From: Bacteroidales bacterium
GTDB taxonomy: Bacteria; Bacteroidota; Bacteroidia; Bacteroidales; UBA932
Assembly: GCA_041441455.1 (NCBI GenBank)
Contig: JASDTB010000056.1
Coordinates: 2,767 to 66,766, forward strand
Direction: 5' to 3'
Length of the DNA: 64,000 bases
Part shown: positions 36,206 to 45,951 of the stretch, in pieces
Position numbering within the stretch: position 1 is the first letter of the stretch
Layout of the letters: each line of letters opens with the position of its first letter
The notes under the pieces: model-generated
The model's input: the letters and a program-made list of their open reading frames with translations, nothing else
Told to the model about the DNA's origin: nothing
The model's database searches: none
Program-made: the position numbers and the translations under genes

Positions 36206-37888
36206 ATGTTTAAAAGATTAGTTGTACTTATTTCTATGACATGGGCCGGATTATATCCGGCCTTTTGTCAAGATAGAATGCTCGATTTGCTCAAAACAGA
36301 GCTTCAGAGCCAGATGACAGAACTTGGCAAGGGAGAGTATCCTCCGTATTATATGAACTACCGTGTAATTGATAACTACAGTAGAGTAATAAAGGCCTCT
36401 ATGGGAGCTGTCAACACCGTTGAGACAGAGAGACAGATTATTTTTGTTCCACAAGTACGTGTAGGCTCTCCAGAATTTGATAACTTCAATGAGTCTCAAA
36501 ACGGAGTAGTAGTAAATAGATTTGCGGGTCCACCTACAATTTTGCTCCCGTACGATACAAAATTAGGAATTGAAAGCTTCACAGAGATAATCCGCGAAGA
36601 GGTGAATTCAAGATATAAGTTTGCCGTTTCAAATTTTGAAAGAGCAAAAGCAAAAAGAGGTGTGAAAGTAGAAAACGTAGATAAATCTGCCGATTTTACA
36701 AAAGCCAAAGCTGAAAAATATTTTGAACCAGTTCTTAAAGACGACAAAACTCAATTAGATATTAAAGCTTGGGAGAAAAAACTCAACAAATACAGCGGAT
36801 TCTTTGCTGACAATAAAGATATTATCAGCGCAAATGCGACAATGAGTTTTAAAATCTGGAGGAAATACTTTGTTTCAACCGAAGGGGCTGAGGTTGCAGA
36901 GAATAGAACATATGTTTTGCTAAGCATCAGAGCGATGACTATGGCAGAAGATGGAATGGAACTCCCTCTTCATAAGAGCTATTTTGCATTCTTCCCCGAA
37001 GAGTTACCATCGGAGGCTGAGATTATGAACGATCTAAAACAGATGTCCGCAAAACTTAGTAAGTTGAAAGTTGCCCCATTAGTACAACCCTATACCGGAC
37101 CTGCTTTACTTTCTGGTTCGGCAAGTGGTGTATTCTTCCATGAGATCTTTGGACATAGGATAGAGGGTCAAAAGATGAAAAGCGATAGCGATGGTCAGAC
37201 ATTTAAAAATATGGTAAATGAATATGTTCTGCCTAAGGCTATCAGCGTTTTATGTGATCCTACAATGAAAAAATTCAAAGGAAGTCCATTAAACGGTTAT
37301 TACATTTTTGATGATCAAGGTGTAAGGGGAAAAAGGGTTGAAGTTGTAAAAGATGGAATCCTTAAAAACTTCTTGATGACTAGAACAGGTCTGGAAGGAT
37401 TTCCTGAATCCAATGGTCATGCAAGAGCAGAGTTTGAATATGATCCTACTTCGCGCCAATCTAACTTAATAGTTGAGACAAACAATTATAAGACAGATGC
37501 TGAGCTTCGTGCACTTCTAATCTCTGAGGCAAAGAAACAGGGTAAAGAGTATGGATACTTCTTTAAAGCCGTTACTGGCGGATTTACTCAGACAGGAAGA
37601 AGTGGTGCAAATTCGTTTAATGTTACTCCTTTAGAGGTATATAGAGTGTATGTGGATGGAAGAGAAGATGAATTGGTGAGAGGTGTCGATATGATTGGCA
37701 CACCTTTGTCGATGTTTTCAAATATTGAACATGCAGGTGGAGAATACGAAATCTTTACAGGTACATGTGGTGCTTCGTCTGGTAATGTCCCAGTAACAGC
37801 GATCTCTCCAACTATCTTTGTCAATAAGGTTGAATTACAGAAAAAACCGAAACCATCAGTAACTCCGGCATTGTTGCCAAGACCATAA
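36206..37888 (+). CDS. TldD-like metallopeptidase with signal peptide
   Basis: HEIFGH (HExxxH, nt 37139-37156) in the TldD-like context GVFFHEIFGHRIEG. The N-terminal hydrophobic leader ends at AFC. Confidence 0.75.
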   Translation: MFKRLVVLISMTWAGLYPAFCQDRMLDLLKTELQSQMTELGKGEYPPYYMNYRVIDNYSRVIKASMGAVNTVETERQIIFVPQVRVGSPEFDNFNESQNGVVVNRFAGPPTILLPYDTKLGIESFTEIIREEVNSRYKFAVSNFERAKAKRGVKVENVDKSADFTKAKAEKYFEPVLKDDKTQLDIKAWEKKLNKYSGFFADNKDIISANATMSFKIWRKYFVSTEGAEVAENRTYVLLSIRAMTMAEDGMELPLHKSYFAFFPEELPSEAEIMNDLKQMSAKLSKLKVAPLVQPYTGPALLSGSASGVFFHEIFGHRIEGQKMKSDSDGQTFKNMVNEYVLPKAISVLCDPTMKKFKGSPLNGYYIFDDQGVRGKRVEVVKDGILKNFLMTRTGLEGFPESNGHARAEFEYDPTSRQSNLIVETNNYKTDAELRALLISEAKKQGKEYGYFFKAVTGGFTQTGRSGANSFNVTPLEVYRVYVDGREDELVRGVDMIGTPLSMFSNIEHAGGEYEIFTGTCGASSGNVPVTAISPTIFVNKVELQKKPKPSVTPALLPRP

Positions 37889-37906
37889 TTTAAACTCAAA
37901 ATTGTA

Positions 37907-39592
37907 ATGAGAAAATTTATAAATATATTACTCATACTCATTTGTTTGTCTGCTACAACTTATGCTCAGACAAATGACAACATCCTTTTCAAAGCGATGG
38001 AGGATGAGATGAAAAGAGCAGAAAAAGATCTCAAACTGCCAGGAGCTCCTCCTATATATTTCATTTCTTGCACTGTCAGTGAAAACAGATATGTCTCAAT
38101 AACTAGCAGTAAGGGCTCGGTTGTTTATGTTAAAGAGAGTCCAAAGGAGAGAATGCACTCGATCAATTTATATGTTGGAAACAGTAAATTATCTAGTGAC
38201 TACTCATACTCTGGAAATGGTATGGTATCGCAGCAATTCACAACTAGCGACGATAATTATGATCAATTAAGGAGAAATTTTTGGCAGACATATGATCTAG
38301 CATACAAATTTGCAGTTGAAGTTTATAATTCAAAGAAGAATAACTTAAAGACAGCAAATTTAAGCGACGAAGAGAAAGCATTAGAAGATATAACTCCTTT
38401 GAAGAAAATTGAGGTATATGCACCACATTTAGAGCAATATACACTTGATAAAAAAACTCTTTCCGATCTAGCAGATAAGATATCTCTTAAAATTTCGGAG
38501 GTAAAGGGCATCTTTGATGCAAAGGCAGAGATTGATGGAATTGAAAATGTTTATTACTATGTTTCAAACGAAGGAACAAAGGTTAAAGAGCCTGTAGCAT
38601 ATATCCGTATTACAATGTCTGCAAAAATCAGGAACTCTAAAAAACAGGTTGTCAAAGATAAAAGAGTGTTTTATGCCAAAAGCACTCAAAAACTACCTAC
38701 AGAGTCCGAGTTATTGAGTATGGCTTCGAGTTTTGCAAATGATCTCTCTTCGATGTACGACATTAATTCGGTAGATGAGTATTACTTAGGTCCAGTATTA
38801 TTTGTAGAAGAGGCTGCCGGTGCTGTGTTTGCAGAAAATATTGCAGGCCAGTCAGGTGTACTTTCATTCCGCAAACCAATCCAAGTTATGGCAACTGTAG
38901 CGCGCCCCGAGAATGTTGGAAACATGAAAAATATCAAACCACTCGAAGAGAGAATAGGTAAAAAGGTTGTTGATAGTAGAATCTCAGTAATGAATATCAC
39001 CTCTAATATTAAGTTTGGAGGTAATGAGTTATTGGGCTCATATTTATACGATGCCCAAGGAGTAAAAGCCAAAGACAGTGTGATACTAATTCAGAATGGA
39101 ATTCTTAAAACTCTGTTAAGTACAAGAGTGCCAACTCTTAAAATTAAAGAGAGTACAGGCAGCCTTAGATTTGGGGTCAAACCTAGAGCAATTTCACTAG
39201 CTCAAGCACCTGGAAATTTAGTAATTAAGTCTGCTTCAACTGCCAACTGCGACAGTCTTAAGCGAATGTTGATTGCCTCTGCAAAAGAGGAGGGATTGGA
39301 CTATTGCTACATCGTCAAAAAAATAGCGGCTTATGATGAGATTAAACTAGTTAAAGTTAATGTAGCAGATGGAAGCGAAAAGATTGTTACTGGAGCAGAG
39401 ATTGGAGTGATTCCATTTACAAAGCTTAAAAGAGTTTTGGGTGTATCTGCAGAACAAAGTTTGTTTAACTATCTGTTCAACGATGAGATTCCTGTTTCTG
39501 TTGTCCACCCTAAAGGTATCTTGATCGAGGATGTTGAGATTGACAAGAAGCCACTCTCTGTTCAGAAGGAGTCAAAATTAATTATTAACTAA
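37907..39592 (+). CDS. PmbA/TldE-like partner protein with signal peptide (no HExxxH)
   Basis: Similar length and layout to the upstream TldD-like protein, but the equivalent segment reads GAVFAENIAGQ, so the metal site is absent. Signal peptide LLILICLSATTYAQ. Confidence 0.6.
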   Translation: MRKFINILLILICLSATTYAQTNDNILFKAMEDEMKRAEKDLKLPGAPPIYFISCTVSENRYVSITSSKGSVVYVKESPKERMHSINLYVGNSKLSSDYSYSGNGMVSQQFTTSDDNYDQLRRNFWQTYDLAYKFAVEVYNSKKNNLKTANLSDEEKALEDITPLKKIEVYAPHLEQYTLDKKTLSDLADKISLKISEVKGIFDAKAEIDGIENVYYYVSNEGTKVKEPVAYIRITMSAKIRNSKKQVVKDKRVFYAKSTQKLPTESELLSMASSFANDLSSMYDINSVDEYYLGPVLFVEEAAGAVFAENIAGQSGVLSFRKPIQVMATVARPENVGNMKNIKPLEERIGKKVVDSRISVMNITSNIKFGGNELLGSYLYDAQGVKAKDSVILIQNGILKTLLSTRVPTLKIKESTGSLRFGVKPRAISLAQAPGNLVIKSASTANCDSLKRMLIASAKEEGLDYCYIVKKIAAYDEIKLVKVNVADGSEKIVTGAEIGVIPFTKLKRVLGVSAEQSLFNYLFNDEIPVSVVHPKGILIEDVEIDKKPLSVQKESKLIIN

Positions 39593-40766
39593 TTCTACAT
39601 CTACCTTCGGTCTTTAGAAAGAGAAGCATCAGCAAGGCTGCAATTAACGACAATGCACCACCAAAGTAGAATGGGGCAGATGAATTGACGTAATCGTAGA
39701 GAAGTCCAGCAAAAAGACTAGCGGGTAAGAAAGTTATACCGAGGACGGCATGGTACAAACCAAATGCCGTCCCTTTTATTTCATGGGGTACGATGTCTGA
39801 GATCATAGCTTTTTGACTACTGTCTGTCATTGCACTATAAATCCCATAAAGCGCAAAGAGCAGCAAGAAGACTCCAAAATGCGAGGAGTAGCCAAAGATG
39901 AAATAGATTATTGAATAGAGAAAGAATCCAATGACAATCATCTTTCCGTGACCAATTTTATCAGAAAGTTTTCCAATTGGAACAGCCAAGATGACAGAAA
40001 CTGTATTATATAACATGAATACAAGCGGTATTAAAGAGTGAGAAATGCCTGTTTCGGAGGTCTTTACAAGTAAAAGAGCATCTGTTGAATTTCCTAGTGA
40101 AAAGACGAACACAATAATCAAAAAACAGTAAAATCTTTGAGGAATCTTGTTTACTGCGCCAGCTAAACTATGTTCAACTTTTTTGATACTATTCTCTTTT
40201 ATATACAGAACTATTGTGAGTACGCCAAAAAGAGCAGGGATGGAGGCTATTATAAAGATTAACTGATAGTTGTCGGGAAAGTAATACAATAGAGCCATTG
40301 CTATTAGTGGTCCGAGCACTGCTCCACTATTGTCCATCGCTTTATGAAAACCAAAATTTTTACCAGAGTCGTTGTCTCCTGTTGCTTGTCCAATCATACT
40401 ATCACGTGGAGCCGCTCTTAGACCTTTTCCGAATCTTTCAAAGATTCGCAGAGTCATAATTTCTGCTGCAAATTTAGAGATTGCATAGAACGGTGTAACT
40501 AGAGTCGAAAGTGTGTAGCCAATTACCAAAAAAGGTTTGTATCTACCTAATTTGTCGCTCCAGAAGCCAGATAAAACTTTTACAAACGAAGCAATACTCT
40601 CCGATAGCCCCTCGATTGCGGAGATTGCTGTCTTACTAGCTCCAATTGAGAGCAAAAAAAGAGGCATAACACTATACACCATTTTGATTGATGTATCGTT
40701 GAAAAAGCTTGTCACACCTATAAAGAAGACATTTTTTTCTATACCAAAAATTTTTTCTTTTTTCAA
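39585..40766 (-). CDS. MFS transporter
   Basis: 393 aa, about 12 TM helices, with MFS-like loop motifs (GFWSDKLGRYKP, GKLSDKIGHGK). Confidence 0.8.
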   Translation of the reverse strand: MKKEKIFGIEKNVFFIGVTSFFNDTSIKMVYSVMPLFLLSIGASKTAISAIEGLSESIASFVKVLSGFWSDKLGRYKPFLVIGYTLSTLVTPFYAISKFAAEIMTLRIFERFGKGLRAAPRDSMIGQATGDNDSGKNFGFHKAMDNSGAVLGPLIAMALLYYFPDNYQLIFIIASIPALFGVLTIVLYIKENSIKKVEHSLAGAVNKIPQRFYCFLIIVFVFSLGNSTDALLLVKTSETGISHSLIPLVFMLYNTVSVILAVPIGKLSDKIGHGKMIVIGFFLYSIIYFIFGYSSHFGVFLLLFALYGIYSAMTDSSQKAMISDIVPHEIKGTAFGLYHAVLGITFLPASLFAGLLYDYVNSSAPFYFGGALSLIAALLMLLFLKTEGRCRIS

Positions 40767-40848
40767 TATGAAATGTTCTGAGTAAATGTTATATTTGATT
40801 CATCTTAAACTCAGAACCCAAAGAAATGTTTAATTTAAACCGATTATT

Positions 40849-41271
40849 ATGAAAAGATTTTTACAATTTTTGTCAATCGGTATTATTGCATTGGTAATAA
40901 TATCATGTGGATCAATCAGATCAAGTTCTGATAGTAAACAAGGACGCCTTGGTGTTGATGCTACAAATGGAAAAGATACAACTACTTATGAGCTGATTGT
41001 CTTCGATCCAGGTTTTGACTTTTGGTTCAGTGGAAAGACTTTTTCTAAGAAGCAATATACAAATGAATACCTGCAGTCTATGAACAACATGTACGTTATT
41101 GAGTGGAACCGCAGATATTCTATGGGCGACAGAAGAGTTGGCAGTTATATAGATTATGATGCAACTACCAAATACGATTTAGATTTCAATTATAAGCTCT
41201 TTATGTATTTTAAATATTTTGAAGAGAGTTATAATATTAAATTAATTGCTGGAAGCGGCAAGGTTTTTTAA
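40849..41271 (+). CDS. Small lipoprotein, DUF6146-like
   Basis: Lipobox VIISCGS. The pattern YELIVFDPGFDFW...VIEWNRRY recalls DUF6146 proteins of Bacteroidota. Confidence 0.5.
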   Translation: MKRFLQFLSIGIIALVIISCGSIRSSSDSKQGRLGVDATNGKDTTTYELIVFDPGFDFWFSGKTFSKKQYTNEYLQSMNNMYVIEWNRRYSMGDRRVGSYIDYDATTKYDLDFNYKLFMYFKYFEESYNIKLIAGSGKVF

Positions 41272-41706
41272 CCTGGTTGTCGTTTTATATACAACCTCGC
41301 AAAATGAGTTTGTAGAATATGTAGCACCACTTAGGGCATCAATATCCTTTCCAGGTTTTGGTGCCCTTTTTCCGTTATATCCTACGAATTGTGCCAACCA
41401 CTTTTGTGATGCAATCCTTTGCCCATAATGGGACTCTAAATCATAGATTGCAATTCTGCGAATCGAAAGGTCATTTGAATAGATTATAATCAGATTGTAT
41501 CTCTCCATGCTTTTGGGGATACTTACGATCTTTGCATCGAAGAGATATCCGACACTTTTGCCGGATATCTCAATTTTTTTGAAATCTTTATCTGATGTTT
41601 GAATAAGAGCGTACTCTTGCTGATTGAAAATACTCCTCATCTCCTTTTCGACATTATTTGATGATGTGATTGTTGCTGTCAAAAGCAATATCAGTAATAG
41701 TTTCAT
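41242..41706 (-). CDS. FMN-binding domain protein, secreted
   Basis: Signal peptide, and a C-terminal DALSGATYSTNS matching the FMN_bind SGAT(x)S flavinylation motif. Confidence 0.65.
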   Translation of the reverse strand: MKLLLILLLTATITSSNNVEKEMRSIFNQQEYALIQTSDKDFKKIEISGKSVGYLFDAKIVSIPKSMERYNLIIIYSNDLSIRRIAIYDLESHYGQRIASQKWLAQFVGYNGKRAPKPGKDIDALSGATYSTNSFCEVVYKTTTRLKNLAASSN

Positions 41707-41728
41707 GATAATTAGTCTTAGTAAAGGT

Positions 41729-42784
41729 TTAAAACATTACTGCAATTCCCATATTGAGTGTCTTCATCCACGTTTGGTTAGCAGCTGTTTTTATGTACTG
41801 CATATCTGTTTTAAATGCGGCATTTTTATTGAGTCTAAATGTTAATCCAGCAGTAAGAATTGTGTTTTTATATGCAGGATTTGCTGTAGTAATTGCATCT
41901 GTTGCAGAGTGCATATTGTAAAATTCATATCTAAAGAATGGAACTAGACCATAGTCTTCTATTTGTGTTAGTGACAAAACATCATAGCCAGCCTCTGCGT
42001 AAAAACCCGAAATCTCTTTTCCTAGATCATTATTTTTAGTCCCTGTTTTTGTAAATTTATTGTACTCTGCAGTATTTGAGAGAAAGGTATGATAGAGTTG
42101 TCCTCTTAATTCTAATCCTCTGCGACTATACCTTGCGTCTGCTCCAATCATCACGATTCCTACTGCCGAAGAGTCTGCTTTTCTCACATCATTTTCAAGA
42201 TTAGTGTTTAACTTGTTGTAGAGTTTACTTTGCGACTTTCCGATATATCCCGATAGCCCTAAATTAAGGTTTCTTAACCCAAAATATTCGACTCTGGCAG
42301 CGAAAGCTGGCGAACTTACATAAGCTTTTGACCCTTTTTGTCTCCCCTCTCTCAATCCACCAGAACCTGTAAATGTCCCCTTGGTGTCGAATCCATTTAG
42401 TCCCCCCATAACGTATAATTGATATTTTAATGAAGCCTGCTCAATTGTCCCGCTTATTCCAGCTCCTATCTCTCTCCATGTTGAGGGTGCCACTTTGTTG
42501 TCGATAATGGGTCTCTCAACGCCATGAAATGTAACTGGTTCGTGGTATTCATTTATGATTCCCATTGGTACTAAAATTAATCCAGCTTTGATGTTTATGT
42601 ATTTGTTTAATCGATGTTGTAGATATGCTTGCTCTACCCAAAGCTCTTTTGCATATTCGAACTCTATCTCTGATATAAATTGGGTCTTTTCGGTGAAATT
42701 GTAACCTACAAATAGAACCAATCGATGAAGGTCGAGAGTTCCGTTCTCTTTGACCCCTTTATTCATTGGTTGATTGAAGTGCAC
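41729..42784 (-). CDS. Porin-like outer-membrane beta-barrel ORF lacking a signal peptide (possibly 5'-truncated)
   Basis: Alternating beta-strand pattern with C-terminal LNMGIAVMF. The only start is GTG at 42784. The upstream in-frame codons (..NDKKLTIGGYGEV) have no start codon and run into the dcp terminator. Confidence 0.5.
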   Translation of the reverse strand: MHFNQPMNKGVKENGTLDLHRLVLFVGYNFTEKTQFISEIEFEYAKELWVEQAYLQHRLNKYINIKAGLILVPMGIINEYHEPVTFHGVERPIIDNKVAPSTWREIGAGISGTIEQASLKYQLYVMGGLNGFDTKGTFTGSGGLREGRQKGSKAYVSSPAFAARVEYFGLRNLNLGLSGYIGKSQSKLYNKLNTNLENDVRKADSSAVGIVMIGADARYSRRGLELRGQLYHTFLSNTAEYNKFTKTGTKNNDLGKEISGFYAEAGYDVLSLTQIEDYGLVPFFRYEFYNMHSATDAITTANPAYKNTILTAGLTFRLNKNAAFKTDMQYIKTAANQTWMKTLNMGIAVMF

Positions 42785-42819
42785 CTCTCCGTAACCTCCA
42801 ATAGTGAGTTTTTTGTCAT

Positions 42820-42856
42820 TAACAAAAAAGAGGAGCGTTTGTTTTGCTCCTCTTTT
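42820..42856 (-). terminator. Rho-independent terminator after dcp (minus strand), bidirectional-looking
   Basis: Minus strand reads AAAAGAGGAGC-AAAACAAAC-GCTCCTCTTTTTTG. The stem is flanked by an A-run and a T-run. Confidence 0.75.
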
Positions 42857-42884
42857 CTAAATATTACGTTTGGATTGTGTGCGT

Positions 42885-44981
42885 TTATTTTCCAGTCATT
42901 CCAAGTTTCTCCATTAAAGCCTCAGGCTTAGGATCACGACCACGGAATGTTCTGTAAAGTTCAGCAGCATCCTTTAAGTTGCCTTTTGACAGGATGTTGT
43001 CTCTGAAAGACTTGGCAACCTCTTTGTTAAAGATTCCTTTCTCTTTAAATAGAGCGAATGCGTCAGCTTCCAAAACCTCAGCCCATTTGTAGCTGTAGTA
43101 TCCAGCAGAGTATCCACCTGCAAATATATGGCTGAATGCAGGAGAGATTGCAGTTGAGTCAACAAACGGTAATAATTGAGTTCTTGTAATAGCTGCTCTT
43201 TCAAAGTCTATAACACCTTTATCAGTCATTTTTGCTAATGAGTGCCATGCCATATCGTTGATTCCATAAGTGAGTTGTCTTACACTACCATAACCGCTGA
43301 GGAAATTCTTCGAATCGATGATCTTTTGGATCAACTCCTCTGGAATTGCTTCGCCAGTTTGATAATGTTTTGCGAATGACTTAAGGAAATCTTTTTCAAC
43401 AGCCCAGTTCTCCATAATTTGCGATGGTAATTCAACGAAATCTCTTGCAACACTTGTACCTGTTAAGCTAGGATATTTTCCTTCGCTCAACATTCCATGT
43501 AGTGCATGCCCAAATTCGTGAAGAAAAGTTGTTACTTCGTCGAAGGTTAGAAGAGAAGGTGATTTTTCTGTTGGTTTTGTGAAGTTCATAACCATGTTTA
43601 CAAATGGTCTGTACTCAACGCCACCTTGAGAATATTGGTCTCTGAATGATGTCATCCATGCTCCACCTCTTTTGCTAGCTCTTGGGAAATAATCTAGATA
43701 CAGTAAAGACAAGAAGCGTCCATCAGCATCAGATACTTCGTAGATTTTTACATCAGGGTGATAAACAGGAATCTTAGTGTTTTCAGTGAATTTGATACCA
43801 TACAAAGAATCTGCAAGAGCAAATACTGCAGCTTGAACATTCTCTAATTTGAAGTATGGTTTTAGTAGCTCATCGTTTAGAGAGTATTTTTCAGATTTGT
43901 ACTTCTCTGAATAGTAGCTAAAATCCCAAGGCATTAATTTTCCTTTAAATCCAGATTTTTCTGCATAAGCTTGAATTTCTGCAAGATCTTTCTTAGCAAA
44001 AGGCATTGATTTAGCAAGTAGATCGTCAAGGAAGCTATTTACTGTAGCAGGAGTTTTTGCCATATTCTCTTCTAGAACATAGTCAGCATAAGTTGGATAT
44101 CCAAGAAGATTAGCAAGTTTAAGTCTTAAATCAACGATCTTCTTAATATTCTCTTGATTGCTCAACTCTCCGTCTAAACATTTACTGTTATAGGCTTTCC
44201 AAAGTTTCTCTTTTAACTCTCTGTTTTCGCTATACTGCATAAATGGAATATAGCTAGGACCTTGGAGTGTGATTACCCAACCCTCAAGCTTTCTCTCTTT
44301 AGCTTCAGCTGCTGCTCCCTCTTTTACAAATTCAGGAAGACCAGCTAGTTGAGTGCTGTCGGTAATGTTGATAAAGAACTTATTAGTAGCCTCTAAAACG
44401 TTCTGTCCGAATTTAAGAGTTAATTGAGAAAGCTCTTTCTTAATCGATCTGAACTCCTCTTTTTTCTCCTTAGGTAGGTTTGCACCATTACGTGCAAAAC
44501 TTCTGTAAGTCAACTCAAGAATTCTTGCTTGATCCTCTTCCAATTTCAAAGAGTCTCTCTTTTCGTAGACAGCTTTAATTCTTTCGAATAGCTTCTCATT
44601 AAGAAGAATGTCATTTGAATACTCTGTCAACATTGGAGATACCTCTAATGCAATCTTTTGCATAACTGTATCTGTACATGCTTCATTCAAATTGAAGAAG
44701 ATTGCACTGATGTTTGATAACTTTCTTCCAGCATACTCCATCGCCTCTATAGTATTCTCGAAAGTAGGAGCTTCGGGATTGTTTGCAATAGAGTCTATTT
44801 GAGCCTTACCTTCAGCAATTGCTGCATCGAAAGCTGGCTTATAGTGTTCATTTTTGATCTTGTCGAAGGCTGGAGCTCCATATGGATTATCGGACTGAGT
44901 CAAAAGTGGATTTTCTGTCATATTAGATTTGCAGGAAAACAAAAAAGCAATAGCTGTTATAATGATTCCTATTTTTTTCAT
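42885..44981 (-). CDS. dcp: M3-family peptidyl-dipeptidase (Dcp-like), lipoprotein
   Basis: HEFGHALHG zinc motif, 698 aa, lipobox FLFSC. Confidence 0.85.
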   Translation of the reverse strand: MKKIGIIITAIAFLFSCKSNMTENPLLTQSDNPYGAPAFDKIKNEHYKPAFDAAIAEGKAQIDSIANNPEAPTFENTIEAMEYAGRKLSNISAIFFNLNEACTDTVMQKIALEVSPMLTEYSNDILLNEKLFERIKAVYEKRDSLKLEEDQARILELTYRSFARNGANLPKEKKEEFRSIKKELSQLTLKFGQNVLEATNKFFINITDSTQLAGLPEFVKEGAAAEAKERKLEGWVITLQGPSYIPFMQYSENRELKEKLWKAYNSKCLDGELSNQENIKKIVDLRLKLANLLGYPTYADYVLEENMAKTPATVNSFLDDLLAKSMPFAKKDLAEIQAYAEKSGFKGKLMPWDFSYYSEKYKSEKYSLNDELLKPYFKLENVQAAVFALADSLYGIKFTENTKIPVYHPDVKIYEVSDADGRFLSLLYLDYFPRASKRGGAWMTSFRDQYSQGGVEYRPFVNMVMNFTKPTEKSPSLLTFDEVTTFLHEFGHALHGMLSEGKYPSLTGTSVARDFVELPSQIMENWAVEKDFLKSFAKHYQTGEAIPEELIQKIIDSKNFLSGYGSVRQLTYGINDMAWHSLAKMTDKGVIDFERAAITRTQLLPFVDSTAISPAFSHIFAGGYSAGYYSYKWAEVLEADAFALFKEKGIFNKEVAKSFRDNILSKGNLKDAAELYRTFRGRDPKPEALMEKLGMTGK

Positions 44982-44988
44982 AAAAAGA

Positions 44989-45882
44989 TTATTGAGTTTG
45001 AATTACTAAGTATTTTGTCTGTTCCCAGAATGTAGTAGGCTTAGAGATTTTAAGGATTTGATTTCCATTTGCGTCAGCCTCTAAAGTGTAAGTTCCGTTT
45101 GGATGAACAGAAAGAACTTTAGCCTTTTTAGCATTTAAATTAATCTCAGTAACCTCTCTGATATCGATCTTAACGAATGCAGACTTTTCTGCTTGGTAAG
45201 AGATCTTAGCAGATTTAAACAGACCGCCTTTTGACATTACATTTGCTGCAATTAGCTCATTTTTCGAGCCGATAATATAATATCCAGCATTAATTTGTTG
45301 ATCTTGGCTAGAGATAGTCTCTTTTTGAGCACTGCTCTCTTGGTGTAGAGCAGAAACATCTTCTCTTAAGGTAGAAACTGTTTTGTCCAAGCTAGCAATT
45401 TGAAGAGTTTTAACTTTAAGTTGAGCATCTTTTTCTTCTAATTGTTTGCTAAGATCCTCGATAAGTTGTGATTTTGACTCTAACTCTTTAGTTAAGTTAG
45501 CAAGTCTCTTTTTGAATTCTCTAGATTGAATTCTAGCATCATTCTTAAGTTTGCTTATCTGGTTTTTGTAATTCTTAATAGCCTCACCGATAGCACTGAT
45601 GTCTTGCTTTAGTTGCTCTCTAGAATTAGCCGGTACCTCTGCACCACCGTTTTGTGATTGGATAACAAGGATATTTTCGGCCTCTCTTATCGATTTAAGA
45701 CCATCTTCTACCTCGTTTAGAGTAGAGAATACCTCTTCGAATTCGGCACTTTTAGCTGTAGCTGCAACTGACAAAGAGTCTAGTCTAGCTTGCAAGGCTT
45801 TGTATTTACTTGAACTCTCAACACAAGATGTAAGAGAAAAAGTTACAACAGCCATCAAAGAAAAAAGAATAATTTTTTTCAT
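44989..45882 (-). CDS. Coiled-coil lipoprotein, unknown function
   Basis: Start chosen at MKKIILFSLMAVVTFSLTSC (lipobox). There is a long heptad-like Glu/Lys/Gln/Ser-rich central region. Confidence 0.5.
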   Translation of the reverse strand: MKKIILFSLMAVVTFSLTSCVESSSKYKALQARLDSLSVAATAKSAEFEEVFSTLNEVEDGLKSIREAENILVIQSQNGGAEVPANSREQLKQDISAIGEAIKNYKNQISKLKNDARIQSREFKKRLANLTKELESKSQLIEDLSKQLEEKDAQLKVKTLQIASLDKTVSTLREDVSALHQESSAQKETISSQDQQINAGYYIIGSKNELIAANVMSKGGLFKSAKISYQAEKSAFVKIDIREVTEINLNAKKAKVLSVHPNGTYTLEADANGNQILKISKPTTFWEQTKYLVIQTQ

Positions 45883-45951
45883 TGTATTGAATGTTAGTTT
45901 GTTAATATTCTTAATTGAGTTTGGTTTAATCTTCAAATTTAAAGAATATTT

